A stretch of DNA of 64,000 nucleotides from Candidatus Levyibacteriota bacterium. GTDB taxonomy: Bacteria > Patescibacteriota > Microgenomatia > Levybacterales > UBA12049. The DNA lies in assembly GCA_963790825.1 (NCBI GenBank), contig CAWBPM010000004.1, forward strand, positions 30,987 through 94,986. Reading direction: 5' to 3'. The notes beneath the pieces were generated by a model. That model was given only the letters and a program-made list of their open reading frames with translations, did no database searches and had not been told where the DNA came from. A program made the translations under genes and the position numbers. Below are positions 43,083 to 53,215 of the stretch, piece by piece; position 1 is the first letter of the stretch, and each line of letters begins with the position of its first letter.

Positions 43083-43631
43083 TTATAAATCTCGTTTTTT
43101 CCAAATCGTTTCTTTTTTTCGCTCTTTTTGATTAAAAAATCGAGCCAACGTAAACAGCAAGTCTGATAAACGATTCAGGTACTTTTGAATTGTAACGTCA
43201 ATTTCCTCTGTTTGAGCCAAAGCAACTATATTTCGTTCTGTCCTGCGGCAAACAGTTCGGGCAACATGAAGAAGAGAGCCGGCTTTCGAACCGCCCGGCA
43301 AAATAAAATTATGCAGCTCTGGTAATTTTTCGGCTAATTGATCCATTATTCTTTCAAAATCCGTAACTCTTCCAGCTAACCAAGGCAATGGTTTAGGCTG
43401 CGGATTAGCTAAGTTCGCACCTATTTCAAATAGATCATGTTGAACTTGCTCTAATTGCTTTTTAATTTGCTTGTCAGAGGTTTTCAAGTGGGCTATTACT
43501 GCTCCTAATTCACTGTTTAACTCATCCACAGTTCCGTATGTCTCAACGCGCTTATGGGACTTTAAGACACGCTTCCCACCAAAAAGCGAGGTTTCTCCCC
43601 TGTCTCCGGTTCTGGTATAAATTTTTTGCAT
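43083..43631 (-). CDS. pduO: PduO-type ATP:cob(I)alamin adenosyltransferase
   Basis: KIYTRTGDRG, YGTVDELNS, FILPGG, RTVCRR, YLNRLSD. Confidence 0.95.
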   Translation of the reverse strand: MQKIYTRTGDRGETSLFGGKRVLKSHKRVETYGTVDELNSELGAVIAHLKTSDKQIKKQLEQVQHDLFEIGANLANPQPKPLPWLAGRVTDFERIMDQLAEKLPELHNFILPGGSKAGSLLHVARTVCRRTERNIVALAQTEEIDVTIQKYLNRLSDLLFTLARFFNQKERKKETIWKKRDL

Positions 43632-43668
43632 AAAAAATCCTAACTACGAGCCTCCAACTCAAAGTACC

Positions 43669-46134
43669 TCAGCACTCTGAATACCCGCAGCTATAACATT
43701 TTTTACAACCTTCTTCGTAAGCAAGTGTTCCCGATCCACAAGACGGACAGATATCAAATAAACTCGTGGTGTTTGCTTGCATTTCTTTTTCAATCGGTCT
43801 GTCCACATGAATCATTTGTATTTGTCCCGCTACTACTTCCGTTGATGATCCGGCTCCGCTGTGACTATTTGATGACTGGGTTTTTGTAATTCCGTTTGTT
43901 CCGATTTCCGCAAGCTCCTTAGCGACTGCGGGCATTTGAGAGAGAGTTACTTTATCTTCAACCTTGCCATTCACCCTAAAATTTCCATGCTTGGCAAGTA
44001 CTTTTGAGACAGCATCGGGCAGGGAACGTACGCGATTCTCCCCAAACCCAACTGACCTTGATCCGCCAATACCTGTTAGCTCCGATACGATCTCCCGCAT
44101 ACGTTCCCTTTGCGGGACTGGACTATGGATACGAAGAACAAACGATAGCATTCTTCCTAACGCATCACACATCGCCATAACATCAGAACCTGCTTTCCCC
44201 CCGCTTAAGAATATCTCAAATGGTTGATGGTTCTCGTCTTCATTAATTGTCACGTACATTTTACCAATTGGACTTTCTGCTCGGTATGTCGTTCCTGTCA
44301 GTATCATGGGGCGGGGAACTCGCGGCATGACAGGAACAATTGGCTTAGGCTCTTCTACTTTCTCTTCTTTTTTCTCCTCAATTCGTGACAATACTCCCAC
44401 GCGTGATCCGTCGCGCATATAAGTGATACCTTTAAGACCATTATTATAAGCAAGCATATAAAGCCGTTTTACGTCTTCTACGGTGTGGCTATTTGGTGCA
44501 TTAACGGTTTTGGAGATCGATGAGTCAATATATTCCTGGGCAATTGCCTGTACTTTCACGTGCTCTTCGGGAGTCAGATCATTTGCCGAGACAAAATAAT
44601 CCGGACGCTCCATGTTCGGATGCGCCTTTTTCCATTCTTCAAAAAGAGGGTGATACATCTTGTGCTCCCCGAGTCGGTCTCTGCGAATAAACTCAAATTC
44701 ATACACCGGCTCAACACCAGATGATACGCCCGAAATAAGACTCGTTGTTCCGGTTGGCGCAATTGTCAGAAGTACCGCATTGCGAATACCTTTTTTGGTA
44801 ATCAAATCCTGGATCTCACCCGGTAAGGCCTGGATATGGTAGCCGAGGGCATATTTTTCTTTATCGTACTTTGGAAAACTTCCTTTTTCTTTTGCAATCT
44901 TAGCTGAGGCAATATAGGCATTATTTCGCAGTGTCTCAAAGATTTTACGGATAACAGGGAGTGATTCTTCTGAACCGTAACGTATTTTCATTTTAATAAG
45001 TGCATCCGCCAAGCCTAAAATACCAAGACCGGTACGTCTGATATCTTTTGCTGATTTTTCATTTTCTTTATAAAAATAATGCGTGTCGTCGATAACATTA
45101 TCCATGAAGCGCATAGCAATTTGTATGTCTTTGGCAAAATTTTTATAATCAAACCAGCCTGCCTGATCACTGGAAAGATCCGCATCTTTTACATAAGCAG
45201 ACAGATTCATTGCCCCAAGATTGCAAACAGCCCATGCACCAAGCGGTTGTTCACCGCATGGATTAGTAGATAAAAGTTTTTCAAAATAATAAGTGTTTGA
45301 GCGCTTGTTTGACCTTTCAAGAAAGTGGAGTCCCGGCTCAGCACTTCTCCAGGCTGCTTCACAAATCAAATCCCAAAGATATGTCGCTTTAACTGTTTTA
45401 TGTACGCGTACTTTTTTACCAAGTTTTTTCCAGTCATCAATATCTCCATTCCACTTTTCATCATATTCCTTGTCGTCAATATCAGGAAACTCCAAGCTCC
45501 AATCCTTGTCTGCTTTTACGGCTTCCATAAATTTGTCTGAAACACAAACCGATAAGTTGGCACCATTAATCTTGGAAAGATCCTGCTTAACCGTGATAAA
45601 TTCTTCAATATCAGGATGCCAATCATGCATCATCAACATGAGCGCTCCACGTCTGGATCCTCCTTGCTGAATAATATCTTTTGTGGCTAAAGAATACATT
45701 TCTGCCCAATTCAGCGGGCCTGAAGAAAAACCATTGACGGTTTTGACCCTTGCCCCACGCGGCCTGAGACTTGAGAGATTCAGTCCTACTCCTCCACCAT
45801 GCGCCATAATCTCTATCATTTGCGTAAGATTTTCCATAATACCCCCACGGGAATCCGGAGGATTGGGAATAACAAAACAGTTAAAATACGTCACATCAAA
45901 ACCAGTACCTGCTCCTGCCAGAATTCTACCGCCGGGTAAGAATTTAAAGCCTTCCATGGCTTTGTAAAATTTTTCTTCCCATTTTTTACGGTTTTCTTTT
46001 TTCTCAACGCGGGAAATACCTCTGGCAACACGCTTCCACATTTCATCCGGAGTTTGTTCAAGAGGAGAACCGTCCCGATTTTTGAGCGAATATCGATCTA
46101 GAAATACTTTTTGCCTAATGCCATCAAGTTTCAT
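43669..46134 (-). CDS. nrdJ: Class II (AdoCbl-dependent) ribonucleotide reductase
   Basis: NCF, TNPCGEQ, TIAPTGT, DSSISKT, C-terminal TSCPD-like domain and CPSC..EEGC..CYSCG. Confidence 0.96.
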   Translation of the reverse strand: MKLDGIRQKVFLDRYSLKNRDGSPLEQTPDEMWKRVARGISRVEKKENRKKWEEKFYKAMEGFKFLPGGRILAGAGTGFDVTYFNCFVIPNPPDSRGGIMENLTQMIEIMAHGGGVGLNLSSLRPRGARVKTVNGFSSGPLNWAEMYSLATKDIIQQGGSRRGALMLMMHDWHPDIEEFITVKQDLSKINGANLSVCVSDKFMEAVKADKDWSLEFPDIDDKEYDEKWNGDIDDWKKLGKKVRVHKTVKATYLWDLICEAAWRSAEPGLHFLERSNKRSNTYYFEKLLSTNPCGEQPLGAWAVCNLGAMNLSAYVKDADLSSDQAGWFDYKNFAKDIQIAMRFMDNVIDDTHYFYKENEKSAKDIRRTGLGILGLADALIKMKIRYGSEESLPVIRKIFETLRNNAYIASAKIAKEKGSFPKYDKEKYALGYHIQALPGEIQDLITKKGIRNAVLLTIAPTGTTSLISGVSSGVEPVYEFEFIRRDRLGEHKMYHPLFEEWKKAHPNMERPDYFVSANDLTPEEHVKVQAIAQEYIDSSISKTVNAPNSHTVEDVKRLYMLAYNNGLKGITYMRDGSRVGVLSRIEEKKEEKVEEPKPIVPVMPRVPRPMILTGTTYRAESPIGKMYVTINEDENHQPFEIFLSGGKAGSDVMAMCDALGRMLSFVLRIHSPVPQRERMREIVSELTGIGGSRSVGFGENRVRSLPDAVSKVLAKHGNFRVNGKVEDKVTLSQMPAVAKELAEIGTNGITKTQSSNSHSGAGSSTEVVAGQIQMIHVDRPIEKEMQANTTSLFDICPSCGSGTLAYEEGCKKCYSCGYSEC

Positions 46135-46583
46135 ATAATTTTCAGTCTTTTTACTTCCTTAGTAAAATCTTCAATGTCCACAAATCGTTTGAAGACACTG
46201 GAAAATCTGATATACGCTACTTTATCAATTTGCTTAAGCCTCGTGCCGACCATCTGTCCGATATCCGAACTGGCTACCTCAGCTTGTCCCAGACAGCGAA
46301 TTTCTCCTACGACATCGGTTACAATTTTCTCAATTACTGCGTGCGGAACAGTTGTTTTCTCGCAGGATTTCAAAATTCCCGCTTGCAATTTATCCCGACT
46401 GAATTGTTCCCGCCTGCCATCCCGTTTAATTACCAAGAGTTGCACGTTCTCTACCCGTTCGTATGTTGTAAACCGTTTGCCGCACTCATTGCATTCCCGT
46501 CTTCTCCTAATCGTATCCAGGTCATCGCTGTCTCGAGTCTCCAAAACGTCTGAGTGTTTGTTTCCGCAAAATGGACAATGCAT
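46131..46583 (-). CDS. nrdR: Transcriptional repressor NrdR
   Basis: MHCPFC..RRRRECNEC..RFTTYE, ATP cone, VAYIRF. Confidence 0.97.
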   Translation of the reverse strand: MHCPFCGNKHSDVLETRDSDDLDTIRRRRECNECGKRFTTYERVENVQLLVIKRDGRREQFSRDKLQAGILKSCEKTTVPHAVIEKIVTDVVGEIRCLGQAEVASSDIGQMVGTRLKQIDKVAYIRFSSVFKRFVDIEDFTKEVKRLKII

Positions 46584-46589
46584 ATGCTT

Positions 46590-46662
46590 TCACTAAATAT
46601 TTATGTAATAATAAATATTTAGTGTCTTAAAAAATAATATGGCACTACATCTCGGGTGTCAA
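46590..46662 (-). promoter_or_regulatory. nrdR promoter with tandem NrdR boxes
   Basis: TTGACA-N17-TATTAT. NrdR-box-like sites at 46642-46657 and 46610-46625 (32 bp apart), plus a third at 46590-46605. Confidence 0.8.
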
Positions 46663-46763
46663 TAGAGCTTTTTATATCAAATCCTATCGTAGCTTCAATA
46701 CTTGGTAAACTCTTACAATTCCGAAACTGCCAGGTACTTTTTATACTCACATTTCTTGTGTTG

Positions 46764-47330
46764 CTATTTTTGAGGATTAAATTCGCCAATCTCAAGCTTG
46801 AGCGTTTGTAGGTGCTTATCAAGAGGGATAAATTCCGCCTTCTCTTCTGCAGACAACCCTTTTTCTAAATCTTTCAGGACTTCTTCATGTTTCGCGGCTG
46901 CTGTTTGTAGTTCTTTTACAAAATCAGCACTGCTTTCCTTCTTTTGTTTAATAATTGCAACCTGATCGGCAGCCTCGGTAAAATAATTTTGTCCCTTAGA
47001 GATAGTGGAAACTGCAAGAGGTAGCTCTTTTTTATCCTTTTGTATCAGATACACTCCCATTTGTAATCGTTTATCAGCTTGAAGTAAATCAAATTTTCCA
47101 CGTTTCAAAGGATCAGCGATAAGAAAACTAATTACTTTATCTCTTGCGGCTTTGAGAAAATACAACGGATTATCAGGTAGAATTCCCGGGTATGGCAAAG
47201 CATAATCAACTGTCGTGAAGACAGGGGAAATAGTAGGTTCTAAGTTTGATTGTTGCGCAAACGAAAGCGGAGGCAAAATGAAAAACAAAAAGAAGAGAGA
47301 AGGGAAAAAAATGCCAATCCTTTGACTCAT
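46764..47330 (-). CDS. DUF5667-like secreted CPR protein
   Basis: Signal peptide and YALPYPGILPDNPLYFLK. Confidence 0.8.
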   Translation of the reverse strand: MSQRIGIFFPSLFFLFFILPPLSFAQQSNLEPTISPVFTTVDYALPYPGILPDNPLYFLKAARDKVISFLIADPLKRGKFDLLQADKRLQMGVYLIQKDKKELPLAVSTISKGQNYFTEAADQVAIIKQKKESSADFVKELQTAAAKHEEVLKDLEKGLSAEEKAEFIPLDKHLQTLKLEIGEFNPQK

Positions 47331-47467
47331 GCCGTGATTATAGTAGGGAATATTGATTCTGACAATAAGGAATAATATATTTCATTGTTAGAAAAAAGTA
47401 TAAAACAACAGGTGATATATTATTAGCTAAACTAATAATCAAAAAATGTGTTTCTGGGTAAGATTTG

Positions 47468-48097
47468 TCAACGAAGTACCTCCAGACGTTTTGCGTCCAT
47501 GATTGCTAAAACATCCCCAACTGCCTCTTCTAACTTCCCATTTTTGTTAACAACTACATAATCGCAATCGTTATATTGTTTTATTTCCCAAAGGACTAAC
47601 GACTCGTTCCAGCGGTGTAAAAAATCACTTTTGCCTTCATCTTTTAATACGCGTTTCCTTAAGTCTTCTATTTCCGGCGCAGTTAGAAAAACAAAGACAG
47701 ATCTGGGAATCATTTCTTTTATCTTGGCTTTATTGTTCTTAATTCCCTTCTCTTCGATATGCCAGATTACGTCTTTTCCCAAAGACAACGCTTCGCTAAT
47801 TGTTTTTTTACGGGTTCCATAAAGCTCACCCCGAAATTCTACCCACTCGAAAAACTCGCCATCTGCAATCAGTTTTCTAAACTCTTCCCGCGAGATGAAA
47901 TGATAGGGATTCCCCTCGCTTTCAATTTGCCTCATTTTCCTGCTGGTTGTGGTGGCAACTTTCACCATAGACGGATTTTTGGCAATCAAACGGGCAAAAA
48001 GTGCGTCTTTACCCGAACCCACCGGTCCGGTAAGAACCAGGAGTACGCCGCGTTTTTTCCGTTCTGCTATCTCAACGGATAGGGGTTTATGATTCAT
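47468..48097 (-). CDS. gmk: Guanylate kinase
   Basis: GPVGSGKD, TTSR..R..E..G..YHF, EW...G.LYGT. Confidence 0.92.
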   Translation of the reverse strand: MNHKPLSVEIAERKKRGVLLVLTGPVGSGKDALFARLIAKNPSMVKVATTTSRKMRQIESEGNPYHFISREEFRKLIADGEFFEWVEFRGELYGTRKKTISEALSLGKDVIWHIEEKGIKNNKAKIKEMIPRSVFVFLTAPEIEDLRKRVLKDEGKSDFLHRWNESLVLWEIKQYNDCDYVVVNKNGKLEEAVGDVLAIMDAKRLEVLR

Positions 48098-49137
48098 GCT
48101 GTTTTGGAGACCATAAGGACCTCTTCAACTAACCGATTTGCGTAGCCGTATTCATTGTCATACCAAGCAATTACTTTAACCATATTTCCGCCCAACACTT
48201 GCGTTAAGGACAGGTCAACAATTGAAGAATAGGAATTCCCAATCACATCACTGGAAACTAAAGGATCCTCAGTAACTGTCAGAATGCCTTCGTATTCTTT
48301 TTGCAATGCCTCACGCCTGAAAATATTATTAACCTCATCAATAGTCGTACTTCTTTTTAATAAAAACGTAAAGTCTGATAAGGATCCCACCGGCACCGGA
48401 ACACGAAGTGCTAACCCGGTAAAAATATTTTGCAGATTCGGCATTACCTGCCCTGCGGCAATAGTTGCGCCGGTTGAGGTTGGGATAATATTAAGCCCTG
48501 CTGCCCGTGCCCGACGGTAATCTTTGTGTCCCCCGTCCTGCAAACGCTGATCCGAGGTATACCCATGCACAGTAGTCATCATCGCTCTGTCAATACCGAA
48601 ATTATCTTCCATAACCTTGGTAACCGGAGTAATGCAGTTTGTCGTGCATGATGCATTACTCAAAATCTTGGCACCTTTATAATCCTTATCGTTAATCGAT
48701 AAGACATAGACCGGAACATCGCTTCCTTTTCCGGGGGCCGATAACACCACTTTTTTTGCTCCTGCCTGTAAATGGAGCTGCAATTGATCTGCGGTTCGGA
48801 AGTGTCCCGTAGATTCTATTACCGTGTCTACTTGTAAATCGTGCCATGGCAATTTGGCAGGATCTTTTTGGGAATAAACAGGAATTTCCTTAGAGTCAAT
48901 CATGAGAAAACCGATGAGGTCGGGCTTACTGGGATCATCATTTTTCTTATATCCGATTTCTTTGGGAAAAGGTCCGTAGACACTGTCATATTTTAAGAGA
49001 TACATCCAACCTTTAATGTCGGTTGAAGAGCCGGCATTAATTGCTACCACTTCTACTTCTGCGCTATGCCACTGCAAAATAATTCTGTGCGCTACTCGCC
49101 CAATTCTCCCATAGCCATTAATCGCAACACGTACCAT
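48094..49137 (-). CDS. gap: Glyceraldehyde-3-phosphate dehydrogenase type I
   Basis: INGYGRIGR, SNASCTTNC, WYDNEYGY. Confidence 0.98.
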   Translation of the reverse strand: MVRVAINGYGRIGRVAHRIILQWHSAEVEVVAINAGSSTDIKGWMYLLKYDSVYGPFPKEIGYKKNDDPSKPDLIGFLMIDSKEIPVYSQKDPAKLPWHDLQVDTVIESTGHFRTADQLQLHLQAGAKKVVLSAPGKGSDVPVYVLSINDKDYKGAKILSNASCTTNCITPVTKVMEDNFGIDRAMMTTVHGYTSDQRLQDGGHKDYRRARAAGLNIIPTSTGATIAAGQVMPNLQNIFTGLALRVPVPVGSLSDFTFLLKRSTTIDEVNNIFRREALQKEYEGILTVTEDPLVSSDVIGNSYSSIVDLSLTQVLGGNMVKVIAWYDNEYGYANRLVEEVLMVSKTA

Positions 49138-49182
49138 ACAACATAGTATAAAGTTTCTGGGTGGGCAGATGCAAGAGGAAAT

Positions 49183-49767
49183 TTATGACGACATCTTATG
49201 CTTTGGTTCCCCTGGTTGGAATATAACTCCCGACTGATTCAGCACTACAATGACCTCATTATATTTTTCTATATCTTTTATTCGCGCAGCACGTGTTTTT
49301 ATTCGGGCCTTACCCCGTTTCCCGAAAGTCTTTGATTCAATTTGTGGTCCTTCAGAAGAAATTATGAGATAGGATTTTATTCTCTTAACAGCAATGGTAA
49401 ATTCCATTTTAGCTGCAAATTCTTCATTTTTAGTTGATTCGTACTTATCAGGATATCCACTACTGGATAATGTGACCAATATTGGTCCGTTTTTATCAGG
49501 TACGTGACATTCTAATAGTGTCGGACTATGTAATGAGATTTGTTCTCGGAATTCTTCCATACCTAGTCGGTTTTGATCTCCCGCTTGCAGTTGATCTCCG
49601 GGAAGACGTGGATGAGGAATATGTGTAACAATAAGCTCAGAAATTTCGCTGCGAAGGTGAGCTGCTAATCTTATTACCTCTTTTGCTTCAGCAGTTCTTT
49701 TGTTTGCTTTTTCATTTTTCTCGGCAGCTTTTTGAAGCATTCCGGATCTTTGTTCTACTTCTGTCAT
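49183..49767 (-). CDS. Hypothetical protein (start MTEVE)
   Basis: The ORF fills the gap between the CvpA-CAP gene and gap. Confidence 0.55.
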   Translation of the reverse strand: MTEVEQRSGMLQKAAEKNEKANKRTAEAKEVIRLAAHLRSEISELIVTHIPHPRLPGDQLQAGDQNRLGMEEFREQISLHSPTLLECHVPDKNGPILVTLSSSGYPDKYESTKNEEFAAKMEFTIAVKRIKSYLIISSEGPQIESKTFGKRGKARIKTRAARIKDIEKYNEVIVVLNQSGVIFQPGEPKHKMSS

Positions 49768-49819
49768 TATTATACTGTTCCGTTTTATACTGCAATTCCC
49801 AAGCAGTGTCAATGAGCAG

Positions 49820-50875
49820 TTAGTCGGTAAACTCCTGAGTAAACATTTTGCCGTAAATTCCCCCGTCAATCACACCAATGCCGATTTTCCGGAAGTTTAC
49901 ATTCAGGATATTTGCTTTATGTCCCGGACTATTCATAAGTCCTTGCATTGCCAATTCTGTTGAAGGCGCGAGGGCTAAATTTTCACCCGCATAACCATAG
50001 GTAATCCCAGCCGCATCCATTCGATCGAAAGGTGACTGACCCTCCGGGTTATAGTGGGAAAAATATCCCCTGGCAAACATATCGCTGGAATACCGCCTGG
50101 CGAGTATGCGAAGAGCAGGATCCATACTGAGTGCCCGAATCCCTCGCGACGTACGTTCCTGATTTACTATGGTAAACATTTGCATTTCCGCCTGCGTATC
50201 AACGGAACCATTACTGAGGCGGAAATGTAAATTTATTGTTTCGGTACTCTTCGGTTCAACCGTCATGAAGTTGAGCGTTTCATGAATTGCGCCTCCAAAT
50301 ACATCATTCAATTGCTTCTCGTAGGTTGCAGTACTTCCCACCAGAAACGAACCGAATCTGGAATTAGAAATACTGTCTTTTAAAAATGGTGCTGATGGAA
50401 ATGCAATAATGAGACTCAAAATAAAAGCAAGGACAATCAGTGCCGATATCATGCCGGGCAAGATACCGAGGTAGTGGTCTATTTTACGAAAAACTCGTCC
50501 CGTGAGATGTGCTTCTCCAGGCTCTGGAAGAAGCGCAAAGAGCCTACGAAAAAGAATATTGGAAACTATTTCGCTAAAAAACGCGATGATAAAAAAACCA
50601 AGTGCGTTGGCAAATCCCGGCGTCATGGACAAATGCGACACTAAGTAGCTACCTAAAACCCCATAAAATTTTAAGGCTAAGAAAAACGAAAGTAAAAAGC
50701 TTATCAGATCTGCAACCGCGGTAAAAAAGCCCAGCGTATAGCCTTCATATGCATAAAATAGGATAACGATGATAATAACTAGATCCAGTAAATTAAAACC
50801 AAAACCGGAGATCGAAAGGGCTTGACCGATTGCGCTTACGACGCCAAGCAGGAATACCTGCGCTGCTTGAAACAT
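49820..50875 (-). CDS. CvpA + CAP(SCP) domain membrane protein
   Basis: CvpA-like TM region, then YFSH, AGENLA, MNSPGHKANIL. Confidence 0.88.
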   Translation of the reverse strand: MFQAAQVFLLGVVSAIGQALSISGFGFNLLDLVIIIVILFYAYEGYTLGFFTAVADLISFLLSFFLALKFYGVLGSYLVSHLSMTPGFANALGFFIIAFFSEIVSNILFRRLFALLPEPGEAHLTGRVFRKIDHYLGILPGMISALIVLAFILSLIIAFPSAPFLKDSISNSRFGSFLVGSTATYEKQLNDVFGGAIHETLNFMTVEPKSTETINLHFRLSNGSVDTQAEMQMFTIVNQERTSRGIRALSMDPALRILARRYSSDMFARGYFSHYNPEGQSPFDRMDAAGITYGYAGENLALAPSTELAMQGLMNSPGHKANILNVNFRKIGIGVIDGGIYGKMFTQEFTD

Positions 50876-50967
50876 AGATCTATTATAATCAATCCGTTCT
50901 AAATACGCCAACGAAAAATCTTCTTCTACTCTTTTATCGGCGAGCAAAAAACAGAGTATGGTATGAT

Positions 50968-53142
50968 ATGGTGATGAAAATTCCGCAGTTTAGGCATGTC
51001 TTTCTCAGGAAACGCTTCCTGTTTCCCATAGGAGGTATTTGTGTACTCCTGCTGCTTCTTGGAGGTTTTTACTATTATTTCCTGCGTGATCTTCCTTCTC
51101 CTACTAATTTATCAAGTGGGTCACTCGGACAATCAACCCAGATTTTTGACCGAAATGGAAAACTTCTCTATACCATTTATGGAGACCGAAATCAAACCTT
51201 TATCCCGCTTTCTCAAATTCCCAAACAGATGCAGGAAGCAACAATAGCAATTGAGGACAAGGATTTTTACCGGCATGGGGCTGTCGATTTTCGCGGTATT
51301 ATTCGCGCGTTCTATGCCAGCTTCATTAAACACGAGGCTTTGCAGGGGGGATCCACACTTACTCAGCAGTTAGTAAAGAATAGTCTCCTTACGCAGGAGA
51401 GGACCTGGCAGCGAAAAATCAAGGAAGTTGCACTATCTTTTGCCACAGAAACATTATATTCAAAAGATAAAATTCTTGAGATGTATTTGAATCAAGTCCC
51501 GTACGGCGGCACTTCTTACGGAGTTGAGGCGGCAGCCCAAACATACTTCGGTAAACCGATTTCCGGCCTAAGCTTAGCTCAGCAGGCATTTCTCGCCGGT
51601 CTTCCCGAGGAACCAAGTACATTCTCTCCTTTTGGCACCCATCCGGAACTGGGAAAAGATCGTCAGGAAGAAGTCCTACAAAAAATGCAGGAGCAAGGTT
51701 ATATCAGTAAGAAACAATTAGATAAGGCACTTAAGGAGCAACTAACGTTTCAAAAAATTCAAACTAAAATCAACGCCCCTCACTTCGTCTTTTATGTCAA
51801 AGATTTATTAGTTGCAAAATATGGAGAAAAAATGGTTGAGCAAGGAGGGCTCAAAGTAACAACAAGTCTGGATTTGACATTACAAAATTTTGCCCAAGAT
51901 ACGGTCGCATCACAAGTCGCAAAAATTGCTGCTTATCACATCGGTAATGGAGCAGCTCTTATTACCGATCCGGCAACCGGGGAGATTTTGGCAATGGTCG
52001 GGAGTAAAGACTATTTTGATCCTAAGTTTGGTAACGTTAATATGACGCTGGCAAAACTTCAACCAGGATCATCGATAAAGCCGATCAACTATGCTGTAGG
52101 TCTAATGAAAGGGTACACCGCTGCAACGCCTTTTGTTGATGAGCCGATTTGTTTTCCCGGTAAACCTGAATATTGTCCCCAGAACTATGACGGTAAGTTT
52201 CATGGACTGGTGCAGATGCGCTTTGCACTGGGAAATTCTATCAATATTCCGGCAGTTGAGATGCTTAAGACAAATGGGCTTGATGCTATGATTGCGACAG
52301 CCTCGGCAATGGGAATTAGTACCTTTACCGATCCCTCGGAGTACGGACTGTCTCTAACCTTGGGAGGCGGCGAAGTAACCATGCTTGATATGAGCAAGGC
52401 ATATGGGGTTTTTGCCAATCAGGGGTATCGAATAGATTTGCATCCTATTTTAAAAGTTAGCGATAACAGGGGACGTGTCCTCGAAAACTACACTCCGCCA
52501 CCCAGCGCCTTTTTTGGCAAGCAAGTACTTCCGGCCAGTGTTACCTTTATCATTTCCCATATTCTTTTAGATAATAATGCCAGAATTATGGAGTTTGGTC
52601 CTGACTCGGAGTTAAAAATTGGAAATCAGCCGGTTTCCGTCAAAACCGGAACTACTAACGATTTTCGGGATAACTGGACAATCGGCTATACATATAATCC
52701 GCATTTATTGGTCGCCGTCTGGGTTGGAAATAATGACCACACTCCGATGCGGGGTATTGTCTCAGGCGTTACCGGCGCTGCCCCTATCTGGCATATTATT
52801 ATGTCTTATCTACTCGAGAATAAGAAAGCGCAATTCCCGCCTCAACCGACCAATGTCGTTGGACGAGAAATTTGTTCAACTACAGGACAGCTTCCACCCA
52901 GTAGTGATAGTCCGGACAAGTGTCCGACCCGGTTTGAATATTTTATTAAAGGGACTGAGGGCAGGGGAACAACAGTAGTAAGCCAAAAGACATTTATTGA
53001 TAAAGGAACAAACGACCTTGCCAAGCCCGGGCAAACCGATAATGTGGACCAGAGAGACGAGACAATTCTTATTGATCCGGCGGGAAATAAGTATTGCTTA
53101 AGTTGTCCTCACCCAACCCCGACGCCTACACCGGGTAAATAA
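50968..53142 (+). CDS. Class A penicillin-binding protein (PBP1A family)
   Basis: EDKDF, GGSTLTQQL, SSIK, SIN, KTGT. Confidence 0.95.
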   Translation: MVMKIPQFRHVFLRKRFLFPIGGICVLLLLLGGFYYYFLRDLPSPTNLSSGSLGQSTQIFDRNGKLLYTIYGDRNQTFIPLSQIPKQMQEATIAIEDKDFYRHGAVDFRGIIRAFYASFIKHEALQGGSTLTQQLVKNSLLTQERTWQRKIKEVALSFATETLYSKDKILEMYLNQVPYGGTSYGVEAAAQTYFGKPISGLSLAQQAFLAGLPEEPSTFSPFGTHPELGKDRQEEVLQKMQEQGYISKKQLDKALKEQLTFQKIQTKINAPHFVFYVKDLLVAKYGEKMVEQGGLKVTTSLDLTLQNFAQDTVASQVAKIAAYHIGNGAALITDPATGEILAMVGSKDYFDPKFGNVNMTLAKLQPGSSIKPINYAVGLMKGYTAATPFVDEPICFPGKPEYCPQNYDGKFHGLVQMRFALGNSINIPAVEMLKTNGLDAMIATASAMGISTFTDPSEYGLSLTLGGGEVTMLDMSKAYGVFANQGYRIDLHPILKVSDNRGRVLENYTPPPSAFFGKQVLPASVTFIISHILLDNNARIMEFGPDSELKIGNQPVSVKTGTTNDFRDNWTIGYTYNPHLLVAVWVGNNDHTPMRGIVSGVTGAAPIWHIIMSYLLENKKAQFPPQPTNVVGREICSTTGQLPPSSDSPDKCPTRFEYFIKGTEGRGTTVVSQKTFIDKGTNDLAKPGQTDNVDQRDETILIDPAGNKYCLSCPHPTPTPTPGK

Positions 53143-53215
53143 AAATGACATAGTTTCGTCTATTTTCAATCGCAACTCCCTTTAGTATAATCTGCCTAAT
53201 CTGTCCCCCGATTTC

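Noticed and set aside
45155-45186. Possible degenerate repeat insertion in nrdJ (DLSSDQAG)
   Set aside because: Only a weak resemblance and no clear hairpin. It needs an ortholog alignment.
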